64,000 nucleotides of DNA, from contig MU053629.1 in assembly GCA_013239625.1 (NCBI GenBank), positions 2,879,567 to 2,943,566 of the forward strand, written 5' to 3'. The notes under the pieces were generated by a model. That model was not told the DNA's origin, did no database searches, and saw only the letters and a program-made list of their open reading frames with translations. The stretch comes from Lama guanicoe. Taxonomy: Eukaryota. Numbering within the stretch: position 1 is the stretch's first letter; the number at the start of each line of letters is the position of its first letter. A program made the position numbers and the translations under genes. Positions 15,030 to 26,795 of this stretch are shown here, in pieces.

Positions 15030-16170
15030 ATCTACTCAAATGACTTATCTAAATATTTTAGCATCAATAAATCTCTCAATAAATATGTATTCAATGAGCA
15101 ACAAGGAATAGGCTCTTGAGATTTAAGCTAATAATAATACAAATAATAATTACCAGCTGGTGAATGACAGGCAGTGTACTGTAACTTACAACTATTATTT
15201 CAAATCCTAAAAATAATATTGCAATGTGACAGTTGCTTGGGTGATGGGAATGGGGTCTAAAAATTGTTTTCTTTTTCTTTCCCTTTCTAGGTTTCCTTCT
15301 TCAAACTAACCATAGTAAAACTTGGTTTGGTTATACAAACACAGCATTGAGTTTATTAACATTTGAGTTTGGAAGTGTTTTCATGTAAAATGTTTAGTAC
15401 TTACAACAATCCTCTGAGATAGATATTAATCCTCATTTGATACATAAGGAAACTTGAGACCCACAGGGTAAATAAGGTACCCATGGACTGAGCCCAGGTC
15501 TTCTGATTTCAAGACTGGCTCTTTATTCACTGCTTTATATCCATATACGTGCTAGCTTAGTCATTTCTTTCAATCCTAAGCTGTGCCTAGGCAAGGTAGT
15601 TGCTCAATATTTATAACCTTTTTTTTATTACCTTTATTACCTTTTACTGTGACATCTTAATAAAGCATTTAAGGTACATAAACAAGTGAATCAGAAAAAG
15701 AAGTCAATCAGTGATGTAATATATTTAATTAAGACAAATCTTAAATCTGGAGTGAATGGGCTCAGGAAGAAGAGACCAAGAACAGCCTTGGTTTAAAAAA
15801 AAAAAAAAATGAGATGCAATTGTTAAGCGTGGGAACAAACTACTGGTTTTATTATGTTCCTAACCTGATTCCTACAGGAAGGCATTTTGAACTAGCTTTA
15901 GGAAGAAGCAATATCTAGCACCTCTAACTTTGACTTTGAAAGTAAGATCATGATCAATCCATCATTTGTTACCTGGAGGTAAAAATATAATGGGACAAAA
16001 CAAATAAAACAGCACTAAAACTGAAGTTCTTCAAATCAGCTTTTTTTCCTTTAATGGAACCATTACTGATTCATTAATTTATTCACCAAAATTTGAGTGC
16101 CAATTGCATCTAGCCTCTAAGTTTGAATTAAGAAAGCATTTCTTTTCAGAAACCATGACTTCATACTCAC

Positions 16171-16429
16171 CAAGGTAATAGATTCTGTCTGAATGCGGCC
16201 CATCTGGATCATTCCTCTTTACAAACATAAAATCATGAGGTGCCTTAGCCATCATGTAGCCATGATATTTTCTGGTATCAGCAAGGAGCTTTTTAAGCTG
16301 ACTCCAGGAATATCGCTCAACATAAAATGGCTCCAATTTAGGCTGATCCTGTGATTCAACGTTCTCCTCACACTCTGCAGTTTCAAAGATCTCAACACCC
16401 AGCTGTTCTGTTTCCATCGCTGCTGCCAT
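16171..16429 (-). CDS. DPP8: DPP8 first coding exon of the short isoform (exon spans 16440-16171): MAAAMETEQLGVEIFETAECEENVESQDQPKLEPFYVERYSWSQLKKLLADTRKYHGYMMAKAPHDFMFVKRNDPDGPHSDRIYYL
   Basis: ATG at 16429 in strong context (AACATGG); acceptor tttctag| at 16441-16442; donor |gtgagt. Confidence 0.97.
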
Positions 16430-18679
16430 GTTGCATTTTCCTAGAAAAAGAAGGCACATGAAGTTCACAGGTCTGCCTTCTCATATGAATCAGAATGACA
16501 GTCTGACAGGGCCCTCCCACCAAAAAAAGGAAAGAAAAAAATGCTTTTCAGTAGTTGCAATGAAACCTAGTAAGGCAATAACTCCCCCTTGTGTGTTCAT
16601 TTCAAAAGTGAGATTTTTTTTTTTTTTAATTGAGGTCATGTCCATTTCACAGTGACTATAAACCCCTTTGGCAACTTTCATAGGAGGCTCTCCTTAGGTA
16701 TCTCTTGCCAAAATTCCTTTTTCTTTCCTACCCTGGAAGGAAACAGGCCACATGCCAGTTGGCTGCTATGCTCCTTCCACGAGTTTGTCAATACTGAAGC
16801 TAAGTATGCCAAGGGAGTTAAGTGTTTTTGCACTTTAAAAAAGTAACACATCTGATAAACGTGGACTTCGTCAGCTAACAGAAATAATCATGGCGAATTA
16901 GAACGGTAATAAAATTGTTGCAAACAATGTACTTGTAATAATCTTCCTAGGTCACTTACCCAAGATAATATAAATACTGTTTCCTTTTAAGTGGGACTCC
17001 AAAACAACAAAAGACCTAACTGGCTGCTACATTTTTCTCTTGTCGTTAGTTTCTCCCTAGAAATCATTACTTTCTGATGATCCCTTGTGGTAGCTCTAAA
17101 CTATAAGGAATCTATGTGACTATTATTACAGAGTATACAACTTTTATTCTCATGATTAAGTGAGAGGGAAAAAAAGATACCATCTTCAAGTGGCTTTAGG
17201 TGAAGCGGTTTATGCAGAAAGCATTTAATGTTTGTACTATCAATATTTCGATAAAAGTCTGAACTCAGTTTATGCGTTCAACTCCAAAACAGTGTTAATA
17301 TTTCATCTACTAATCATGTTTCTTTCATTTTGCAAATCCAGAAGAGGATTATTTTTCCTTTATCTATTTTAATATTTAAATGTAACAGGTGCAAAGTGTC
17401 AGAGAAAACAACAAGAAGTGTTATCATAAGCCACTGTCTGGTATTCTGACATGCATTATTCATAACACTACCAAAAAGGAACAACATGAACAGAAATTCT
17501 AGGGCAACTTGCTCTTTTTGAACTAATAAATGTCAAAAACATGTGGACTTGGAAGATTAAACTAGATTGCATTTGTGTAACCAATTCAGATAATTATTAA
17601 CTACTGCTACAACAAAAATCAATACATGGCTGAATATTTAACATGATGTCTTTTTTAAAGCTTAGTTTCACAAGTTGACAGAGTTCATGGTAACTACCAA
17701 CCACAGAGAAAAAGTAATTAGCAGGTGTGGGTTGTGAATTAGTCCATCACTGTGCTGTACAGCATATAAAATGAGCAGAACTGTGTGGCCTGGATACTGT
17801 GTCTTTTTTCGAGCTACAGTGAACTACACTACCATTTCCAATGTAACAATAGCAAGAGCAGCCAGAAAACCCATTCAGGAGTTCCATAAGTATACAACTT
17901 GTAATATTATTACAACTGGGCATTTACCGCCAATGATTGAACCCAAACAGCTCAAAAGAGAAAAAGTCATTTAGCTCAACTGGTACTCAGTACACTGATA
18001 GTAAGTAGCAGTATATGATAATAGTCGTTTGCTGATTTAAAAGCTGGTGGAGGTCGGTTTCTATCAAATATGTCAGTGGATCTACTTTGATTCCTAACAG
18101 AGTGAGGGGCAGGTAAGAGAAGAGATATAAATTGGGCTTATTTTTCTCAACTTCCCTTGTGTTAAAATCATCTCCAAACCACTGCTGGAAACAATCGGTC
18201 TAGAGGGATAAAACAGAGAAGCTCAGCCCACAGACCTCCCAAGCTTACTGCCCAGATTCTTGAGTCATCATTAACGTGACATCTCTCCTCCATAAAAGTT
18301 GCATTAGCTTGCGTATAAGCAAAATTATCTGGTATTCCTAAATTGTATTAGGTCTCTGGACTATTTCTCTCTCTACATACATACACAAATTGTACAGTTC
18401 AAATAACACTACTATTCTCTGTTTTATGGTAAATGTATGTCCTGCATTTCCTAGGATAGACCTGATACTATATAATTTTAGTAATTTACACAAATGGGTA
18501 ACCAAATGATTTAAGTTCCAGATTTCCATAACACCTTATGCACAAATGCATTCTCAAAATACGCGACCCAAGTTGTCCAATTTCAAAAATTATAAAACAG
18601 GTCATCACCCATTCTCAGCACCATGCATGTTTCACTGCCCCACCTATCTCTTCACTTTGGGACCTTCCGTGGTGCCTAC

Positions 18680-18716
18680 CTGATTGTATTTTCATCTGCT
18701 CAGATCTCTTCCACAT
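18680..18716 (-). CDS. DPP8: Alternative DPP8 exon encoding the N-terminal extension MWKRSEQMKIQS(G), which joins GKCN-MAAAM
   Basis: Minus strand reads ATGTGGAAGAGATCTGAGCAGATGAAAATACAATCAG|gtaggc; 37 nt, phase 1, in frame with exon 16440. Nearly identical to the recalled human long-isoform start MWKRSEQMKIKSGKCNM. The 5' exon boundary is not determined. Confidence 0.85.
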
Positions 18717-20564
18717 TCAAAGAGATCTTTTTCAAGTGACTCAACTTCAAGCATAGATCCCTCTGCTCATCCTGCTCTCTTCTCACAGGAGTCTTTCCTT
18801 TTCTCACCATCCAATCCTGCTCACCAGGATAATGAAATACGATATAAGGCTGTTGATCATTATTAAAATGGATCATATGTGGCCAAAAAAAAAAAAAAAT
18901 TAAACCTAAAGTCTCAAGCAGTATTTAAAACTGATGCATAAATATTTTTTTCTGGTATAATCCCTGAATTATTTTGTATCTGCATTTTTGTTATGAAAAT
19001 TATAATTTTATTTCAGAAATGTATAACCCAATTTACTCAAAAGAATATCCGAACAGCAGTGTAAATCCTGACATCGACAAACGTTAAAAGGAAAATTATG
19101 GAAGAACTTTAAAAAATATAAAAGGCATACAGATGTGAGGTTACTCAGTGGCTATTGCAAATCCTCAAAAACGACAGATGATTAACATAATTTATTTCTA
19201 TGTGCCTAGTCCTGTTCTTCTGCCTTTTACATAATAATACATTTGTATTACTTTACAGAATACATATCAAGCTGGTTGGAGACATAATAGATTCAGTAGA
19301 ATAACAAGGAAGAATTATAGAACAGGCCATTTTTGTGGAAAGAGCACTTGCAGTTAATAACAAGATTTTCACAAGATAAAGTATGTACTATCCATTTTCA
19401 TTGCATCGCATTTTTGCTTCTTTCCTTTCCACAAATATCCTGAAAATAATCAAACTAGGTGACTTTTCCAGAAAAGGAAGTGTTGAGTTCAAATTCTGGC
19501 TGAGTAAAAGAAAAGAAATTAAAAAAAAAAAAGCAGGATGTGTGATTGTACCTGTTACTCTGTTATCAGTTTTAATTCTGCGCTCTCGTAGCCCAAATAG
19601 GCGATGGAGAGAGATGTGGTGCGAACGGCTCAGTGGTAAATGGAGGGGAAAGGTGAAGCTGTGCTAGCACAGCAACAATGGAGTAAGATGTCAAGACACC
19701 TTCCCACGCATTAAGCCCTTCATTCAGAGAAGAGCATGCTGGGTTAGAAAACAGCTTCAGGACTCTTGAATTTGGATCCACTCAAATGTCATTCCTTAAT
19801 TTTTAATCCAGGAGCCAATCTGTCCACTTAAACACCCCAAACCACGTTGAAGCCTAGCTATTTCACTCGTCAGGGTTCACAGCTAGTTGAGGGTTCATTA
19901 TCACAAAGTGGGCAAAGATCTTGAAAGCTAGAATGAGTAAGAGGAGAGGTGCAGAAGAGAATGTGGAGAAGGGGGTTTGGGGGGGATGCCAAAACTTAGA
20001 AGAAAAGTGCGTGAAGGGAAAGGTTTGAAAAAAGAAAGGAAAGTACCTATCCTTCCCCGGTTGGGTGAAATAGAATGAAAAGAGGCCAGTGACCAAGGAG
20101 GGAATCGACCTAGAGTGGGACAGTAGAAAGGACACCAGCTGGGAAACCAGAAAATCTCAGTCCGAATCCGATCTGCCACAATCGGACTTTTGGCAAATCC
20201 CTTCGCCTCTGTGGGCTTCCGTTTCTCATCTGTAAGCCCGGACAGTACCCGGCTCCCAACCCCAGCAAGGCTCAATTAAGATAACGGACGTGGAGGTCCG
20301 GAGGCCAGCACCCAGCGCTCCGGGGGCGCCCAGTGAACGTTGGCTGACTCGGAATCTCAGAGCCTCGGCTTCCTCTTCCGGCAAGTGGGGCCCCGCCACC
20401 GGCTCTGGCCCGCGCACGGCGGCGCGCCGGATAAACCGCAGAGCGGGCTAACCGGGAGAACGAGCCGGGCGGCCCCTCGGAGAGGCGGAGAGGCGGAGAG
20501 GCCCGGGTGGGCTGGGGCCCAGGCCTTGCGGGCGAAGGGGAAGGGGAGGGGGCGGATACTGCAC

Positions 20565-20750
20565 CTTCCCCCCCGGCCCCGCCCGGACCGTCCAGACGCG
20601 CGCTACGAAGCGGGCCTGCGCCGCTTCATGCCGCGCCGCCTCCACTCCCGACCCGGCTGCAGCGGCTTCCTCCGCGACGGCGCCGGTGGTAACCGAAGCG
20701 GTGAACGCGGCACTTAAAGGCGGCGGCGGCGGCGGCGGCAGCGGCTCCAG
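20565..20750 (-). other. DPP8: DPP8 non-coding exon 1 (5' UTR); TSS approximate
   Basis: GC-rich, ends GGGGGGGAAG|gtgcag; joined to exon 16440 it gives GGGAAG-GAAAATGCAACATG as in the recalled DPP8 mRNA. Confidence 0.8.
20719..20745. repeat. (GGC)7-AGC-GGC trinucleotide repeat at the DPP8 5' end
   Basis: Read directly from the sequence. Confidence 0.95.
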
Positions 20751-23700
20751 CACTTCCGGTTTCTTGCGCGCCGCCCTCCGACCAGGCGAAGCGCAACGGG
20801 GCCAAGAAGGACTTCGTTCTCTGCCAGTCGGGGTCCTTTACGACAGGGCCGTCTAGTGGCCGGAGGAGCGAACGAGGCGAGGGAAGGAGACTGGTCGAGA
20901 GTGGGGGACAGATGAAATACACAAAGGGGCAGTGACTTGCTGCAAATCGCAGGACGAATTGTGGCGCGTCTCTACTCACTCACCTGTTTTTTTCGTTCAA
21001 CAAATATATATTGAGGGCCTCCTATGTGCCAGGCGGAGTATTAGAAGCCGAGATTAGAGCAAGGAGCAAGCCAGGCAAAAGTCCCTGTCCCTTCATGGAG
21101 AGGTCATGGAGAAGGAAGTAACCACCGCCTTGGGGATCTTCTGGGTATCTCATTTTTATGGTGAGGAAACCTGAACTGGGAGTGAGAAAACCTGGCTTTA
21201 GTACTAATTAATGACCTTCAGCAGGTCAATCTCCTTGAGCCATGGTTTCTTTATCTGTGAAAAAGATAAAATAACGTCACTAAATAGCAATTAAGGAAAA
21301 CCATGTGTATCACACAAACACATAAAGATGAAGAAAGTGGGGCCCAGGACGGGGAATTGAGTGACTGGCTATCATCAGAACCGGAGGCAGATCCCCTGAC
21401 CCACAATTTATTTTCTGTTCTGCACCATACATTGGCTGAGAGAAAGAGAAAAATGAAGCCTAGTGAGATGACTGGGAAAGAGCCACGTGTAGAACTAAAC
21501 AGTGGACAAGCTGGGTCTTCCCTATTCTTTGTTTTACAAGGAACCATGTGTCAGAGGTGTGTGTCATTAGGGTTTATTATGACAGCACGAATGAGATAAT
21601 TTGGGTACCAAGTTTCACTCATCAGTATGTAATTATAGACTCTGAGGTTAAATGAGTTGTTGCTCAGGCTTTTTTTTAAGTTGAATTCCTCTGATAGAAA
21701 GGTACAGTCACGTTTTACTGTGACTCCTCTATGAATTTCCTGCAAAAAACAAAGCACCCAAAAGTAGGTTTTAAGGCTATGAATGCACATGCTCATGCTA
21801 ACAAAATGCAATGAAACATCTTGTACTTCATTTCATTCATCCAAATGTTTCCTGAATCTCTGCCATGTGCCTGTCACTGTTCCAAGTACTGGGGCTAATA
21901 ACAGTGAACGAAGTCGGCAAAATCCCTGTCTTTCTATTTACATTCTAATAAGAGGAAACAGACCTCCCTGAAAGCAAACAAACAGAAAATACATAATTTT
22001 ATGGATTTAAAAAATGAGCCCCAGCGAGGTAAAGGATTTAAAGTCACATCCTAATTATGAATTGAACTAGCATTGAATTCAGATTTCTTGGTTTTCATAT
22101 CTTATTTTCTCTTTTTATGCAGAGTTTAAAAGCCTCTAACCCTGAGAAAGCTGTAGAGGAACATCTCACACAGCCACGCACCCTGGCAACTCTGCACGTA
22201 TCCACAGAGGCCTCCCAGGCAAAGGCTTGAACTGAAACTTATCTGAGACTTAGCAGAAGGCTTTGTGATCTTTCCACAACTGGAAAGAACCACAGACTTA
22301 TGAGGGAAGACCTTGAGGCAATCTCTCCTGGGAGGTTGTCCGGAGGCAGGTTCTGATGAGGTGTGCACTTTCTGCCCCACCCCCATCACAAAAGAGTTGA
22401 GAATATAAAAACCTCTTAGTTACAGTCTTAAATTGTCTCCTCAGTATCCAGATTTCCCAAAACTTACAGTGCATCCATCTGGCTCCTTTTACTTCATTAG
22501 TGTCCTTTTTCTCATGTGGGACAAGGACCACCGGCAGCTGGTACCTTGATGCATTCTTCCCTTTGTTATATATGTAAGTAATACACTGAGGAATGCAGTG
22601 GCTCGTTTTATCTTTACTGGCTGGATCCATCAGGACTGGGCCTTGCCAAACTTGTTTGTGTGCTTGACAAAGCCTAGCTTTATGCTGCCCTACATTCTAG
22701 GAACTCCTCAGGAGAAGGCACATGAGGTCTGAATAAATAGAGAGGGATTGATACAAATCTGTCCCTGCCATAAACTGAAACAAATCACAAAGCATCATGA
22801 AACAATAATATTCTAACATAATGGACAGCAGGCAGATAAGTGTGAATGAAAATGAGGGTGGTAAGGCCAAGTGAGGACCATTCCTGGGGAACCGTGGGCT
22901 GCATCCTGCAATCAGTGCCTATTTGAAGGAATCAGTTCCCCATCCAGTTCTGGCCTCATGTTTTAGAGACAGCTTTCCACACTGGACCTCATCAGAGACC
23001 AACCTGTCTCACAGTTCTGCATCTAACAGTCCCATGATCTTCAGGCAGTGGTACTTTTGCTCAGGTACTCATGGGTCAGAGCATGGACTCCTGGAGTCAG
23101 GAAGGCCTGGGTTCACATCCTGGCTCCTCTCCTTCCTAACAGTGCAATATAGGGCTTTTCTAAGTTTGATTTCTCTCATCTGATTTCTCTCATCTGATTT
23201 CTACCCCCTTCTCTATTTGGAAAAATTTTATTTAGTCTGTATATTATTCCAAATATTTTCTGTCTTGAATGTGCAGCTGGGCTTAAAAGAGAACAGTCTA
23301 ACGTTTCTGTTTTCTAATCCCAAAGTTATAACTCCCAGGAAATAACGATTGCCTCACGCTAGTTCCCTATATTGGGAAGGATCAAGGGTCACAAAGGAAG
23401 AAAACAAAAACATAAGTTGCTTCCCACTTCCCCGTATCTTACCACTAGATAAAGTTGTAAAAGAAATTTTTGTATTTTTTATCAAAAGTATTTCCAGTAT
23501 TGCTAGTTTCTTATTCACCATTTTGCCTAGCTGTAGAGTTTTCCCACTGAGTTGTCGTACCACGATTCATTTGGCCATTCTGCTTGAGTAATTTCCAGTG
23601 TTTCACCCTGTTAACGCCATGAACATCCTCATACATAAATCTTCCTCCTTAAAATTATTTTCTTAGAATAAAATCCTAAAAGGGGAATTGCCAGGCCAAT

Positions 23701-25227
23701 CAGCACAAACATCTCCATATTTCTTGTGACATATTGCAAAACTGCTTTCCAAAATGATTCCACGAATTCATACTGTCCTTAGCTACATTCAGCATGAGTA
23801 TGCCAATTTCACTAAAACATTTCTAGCATTGGGCTTTCTCATCAACAAACATATTTTAAGCATGTACTTTCTGAAACATTCTACTAGATGCTACAGAGTA
23901 CAGAGAGGAGGCAATATGTGTTCCAGGGGAGATATATAATCTAATTGAAGAAAACAGATCATAAGCATGATGTATACACTGATGGTAGTTGATTACAGGA
24001 TACAACGGGCTAGACTTTGTTTTTCCATTTCCCCCATATTTTGTAACTTTTGGGGTCATGGTACAAACCAAGGTGCTGGAACAACAGAAAAAGGGACTTT
24101 CCAGCGAATTTTCTTTTTCATTTTCAAGTTTTTGAATACTGTCGTGAGATGCAAATTTTTTAAGTATAAAAGGGTACATAGTAAAAAATATTCTCCTCTG
24201 CTGGTCTGCCAGTCACATGGTTGTCCTTCCCTGCAAGAAACTGATGTTATTGGTTTCTTGCATATACTTTCCAGTAATATTTTATGATCCATAAATAAAT
24301 GCCAACATATAGATGTACTATTCCTCCTACTCTTCTACTATTTTTACACAAATGGTAGCAGACCACCGATCTGCTCTCACAACCACATAGGCAGCCCAGA
24401 GAGCCAGGAATTTTCAGGTAGATCAAACTGAGTAGGGTGGAAAGACCACTCCCCATGCCCAAAGAAAGGGCCTTGTCTGCACATTCTTCTGTACTGTGGA
24501 TTGTCAGGCTGAGGGGAAGGGTTTTCCAGCAATGACTGGCTGCAGTGCCCACCACCCTCCTGGCATGGTTAGGAGGTTGCAGGGATATGAGCTGGATGCA
24601 CAGATTCCCAGGAGATGCCTGGGCTGATCCAGTCAGTCTCTCTCTCCACTCTCAGCTTCGTGCTGTTTAGATAGAGAAGCCTGATTTTGATTCAGGATAT
24701 CCAGCGGGGTGATCCTGGGTGAGGCACAAACCATCAAATTCTACAGCTCATTTTCCAAACCTTCTTCTGGGAATAGAAGATTCTGTGAAAAGGGGAACAA
24801 GGAGAATGTGTATGATCACTTGCCAAAGGCAGGAATACAGCCTTCAGCACTGACCATGTGCTTCATTCACAGCACGCACTCAGCAAATGCTTCCTGTGGC
24901 CTGTGAAGGGAGAGGTGACCCCGAGACAAACTGAGGTTTGGACAGGGCTGGACAGGCTGCATGCAGAAGGGAGAACACAGTTAGTGCTTAATTTGCATTT
25001 TCATTTGACTAGTATTGTCATAAAACCCTCAACCCTACCTACTTCAGGCTGCCTTTTTATCCCTCTGTCATCTTTTAGTTTTACAGTTTACCTGGATGCT
25101 ACTCTTTCCCTTCTCCATTTCAATATTTTTCTTAATGGATTTCCCAGGGAGAGAGAGAGAGACCCACAACAGGTGTCCTTCCCACAAAACCGAACATTTA
25201 GGAATAGCTGATAAGAATATTGGAGGT

Positions 25228-25488
25228 GGGGGAGGGTGTATATAACTCAGTGGTAGAGTGCCTGTTTAGCATGCTTCAAAGTCCTGGGTTCGATCCCCAG
25301 TACCCCTGTTAAAACAAACAAACAAACCTAAGTACCTCCCCCTCCAAAAAACCCCCCAATAAAATGTATTTGGAAATTCAAATGACCCAAAATAGCCAAA
25401 ACAATTCAAAAAAATAAAAATAAGTAAATAAACCTAATTACTTCCCCCCACCTCAAAAAAGAGGATGGACACTTAAAAAAAAAAAAAA
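25228..25488 (+). mobile_element. tRNA-derived SINE (Vic-1-like) with an extended, duplicated tail
   Basis: Same head (B box GGTTCGATCC); imperfect TSD AAGAATATTGGA / AAGAACACTGGA. Confidence 0.85.
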
Positions 25489-25749
25489 AGAACACTGGAA
25501 GGGACTGAGTCTAACACACTCTCATTTGACACATTGGAAACTCAGACCCAGAGAAGTCATCCAGTAGGTTAGCTGTGGTCCAGGCTGGATAAACCCCCTT
25601 CTGTTGGATTATCCTTATGGAGCATCTGAGGCAAAATGTCAAGATTCAGTCTCCTTGCTTATCACCTTGGATAGAGGTGAGCTGACAAAACTCAGGGTTG
25701 AAATATGCCGGATTAAAATTATTTTATTTTTTATTACAAACCTGCCAGA

Positions 25750-26415
25750 ACGGCTAGAATTAAAAAGACTGAAAACAGAACAACCAGAGCTTTCAAACAT
25801 GCTTGTGGGAGTGTAAATTGATCAAAGCACTTTGTGAAACAGCCTAACAGTATCTACTAAAGCTCAACATACTTATTCTACGACCTAGAAATTCCACTCC
25901 TAGGTATTTACCTAAGAGAATTAAGCACATATATACAGCAAAAGACAGGTACATAAATGTTCATAGCTGGAAACAATACAATATCTATCAACAGGAGGAC
26001 AGATAATTTGTGATATATTTATACAAGGAAATACTACACTGTAAAAACAAACAAAAACCAAAAAAGAATGAACTGCTAATTCACAAAACATAGGCGAATC
26101 TCAAATACATTATGTCGAATGAAAGAAACCAGGCAAAAATGTACATATTGTAGATTCCATTTACATGAAATTCAGGAATAGACAGAAACTACTCTATGGT
26201 GATTGAAATGAGATACTAATTTTTGGCAGATAGGCATGGGAGAAACAGGTATACTGATGTGAGAGAATCTGTAAGATGCTGGAAATGTTCCAGCCCTTGA
26301 TCTGGATGGTGATTAATTACACAGGTATAAATGAATGCAAAAATTCAGATTAAACTGAACATTTAAAACTTGCCCATTTCCTATACATAAGTTACACCTC
26401 AATTTTTAAAAAGTG
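25750..26415 (+). mobile_element. Old L1M 3' fragment
   Basis: AATTCCACTCCTAGGTATTTACCTAAGAGAA and downstream 3' UTR text. Confidence 0.75.
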
Positions 26416-26604
26416 CCCTATATTGCATCTACCTTGTAGTAAAAGAAATGCAATAAAAATACTTTTATCATTTCAAAAATATTTTATTTTTAAAATTCAA
26501 AGCCATCATTATCGCATGCCAGGAATATTGCATCACCTCCAAATGGTTTGCCTTCTGCCAGTTTCTCCTCACTGACAGGTTTTTCTGCCTAGTACACATC
26601 TGAT

Positions 26605-26795
26605 TTTTTTCTTCTTTTTTTTCTATTGCTGTTTTTTTTTTATTGAAGTAGAGTCAATGTGTCAATTTCTGGTGTACAGCACAATGTCCCAGTCACACAT
26701 ATACATACATATATTTGTTTTCATAAAAGGTTATTAGAAGATATTGAATATAGTTCCCTGTGCTGCACAGAAGAAATTTATCACATTTATTTAGC
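26605..26795 (-). mobile_element. Short antisense L1 3' end related to 49410-50149
   Basis: T tract followed by the reverse complement of GCTGTACACCAGAAATTGACAC and GCACAGGGAACTATATTC. Confidence 0.75.

Larger units (their letters stand above)
20240..20980. promoter_or_regulatory. CpG island / DPP8 promoter with an ETS (GABP/ELK-type) site ACCGGAAGTG at 20751-20760
   Basis: Dense CpG and high GC against AT-rich flanks; full ETS consensus next to the putative TSS; no TATA box seen. Confidence 0.85.

Noticed and set aside
20226..20979. Several 60-125 aa ORFs over the DPP8 CpG island
   Set aside because: Same GC artefact; the frame continuous with the DPP8 CDS is closed by TGA at 20628-20626.
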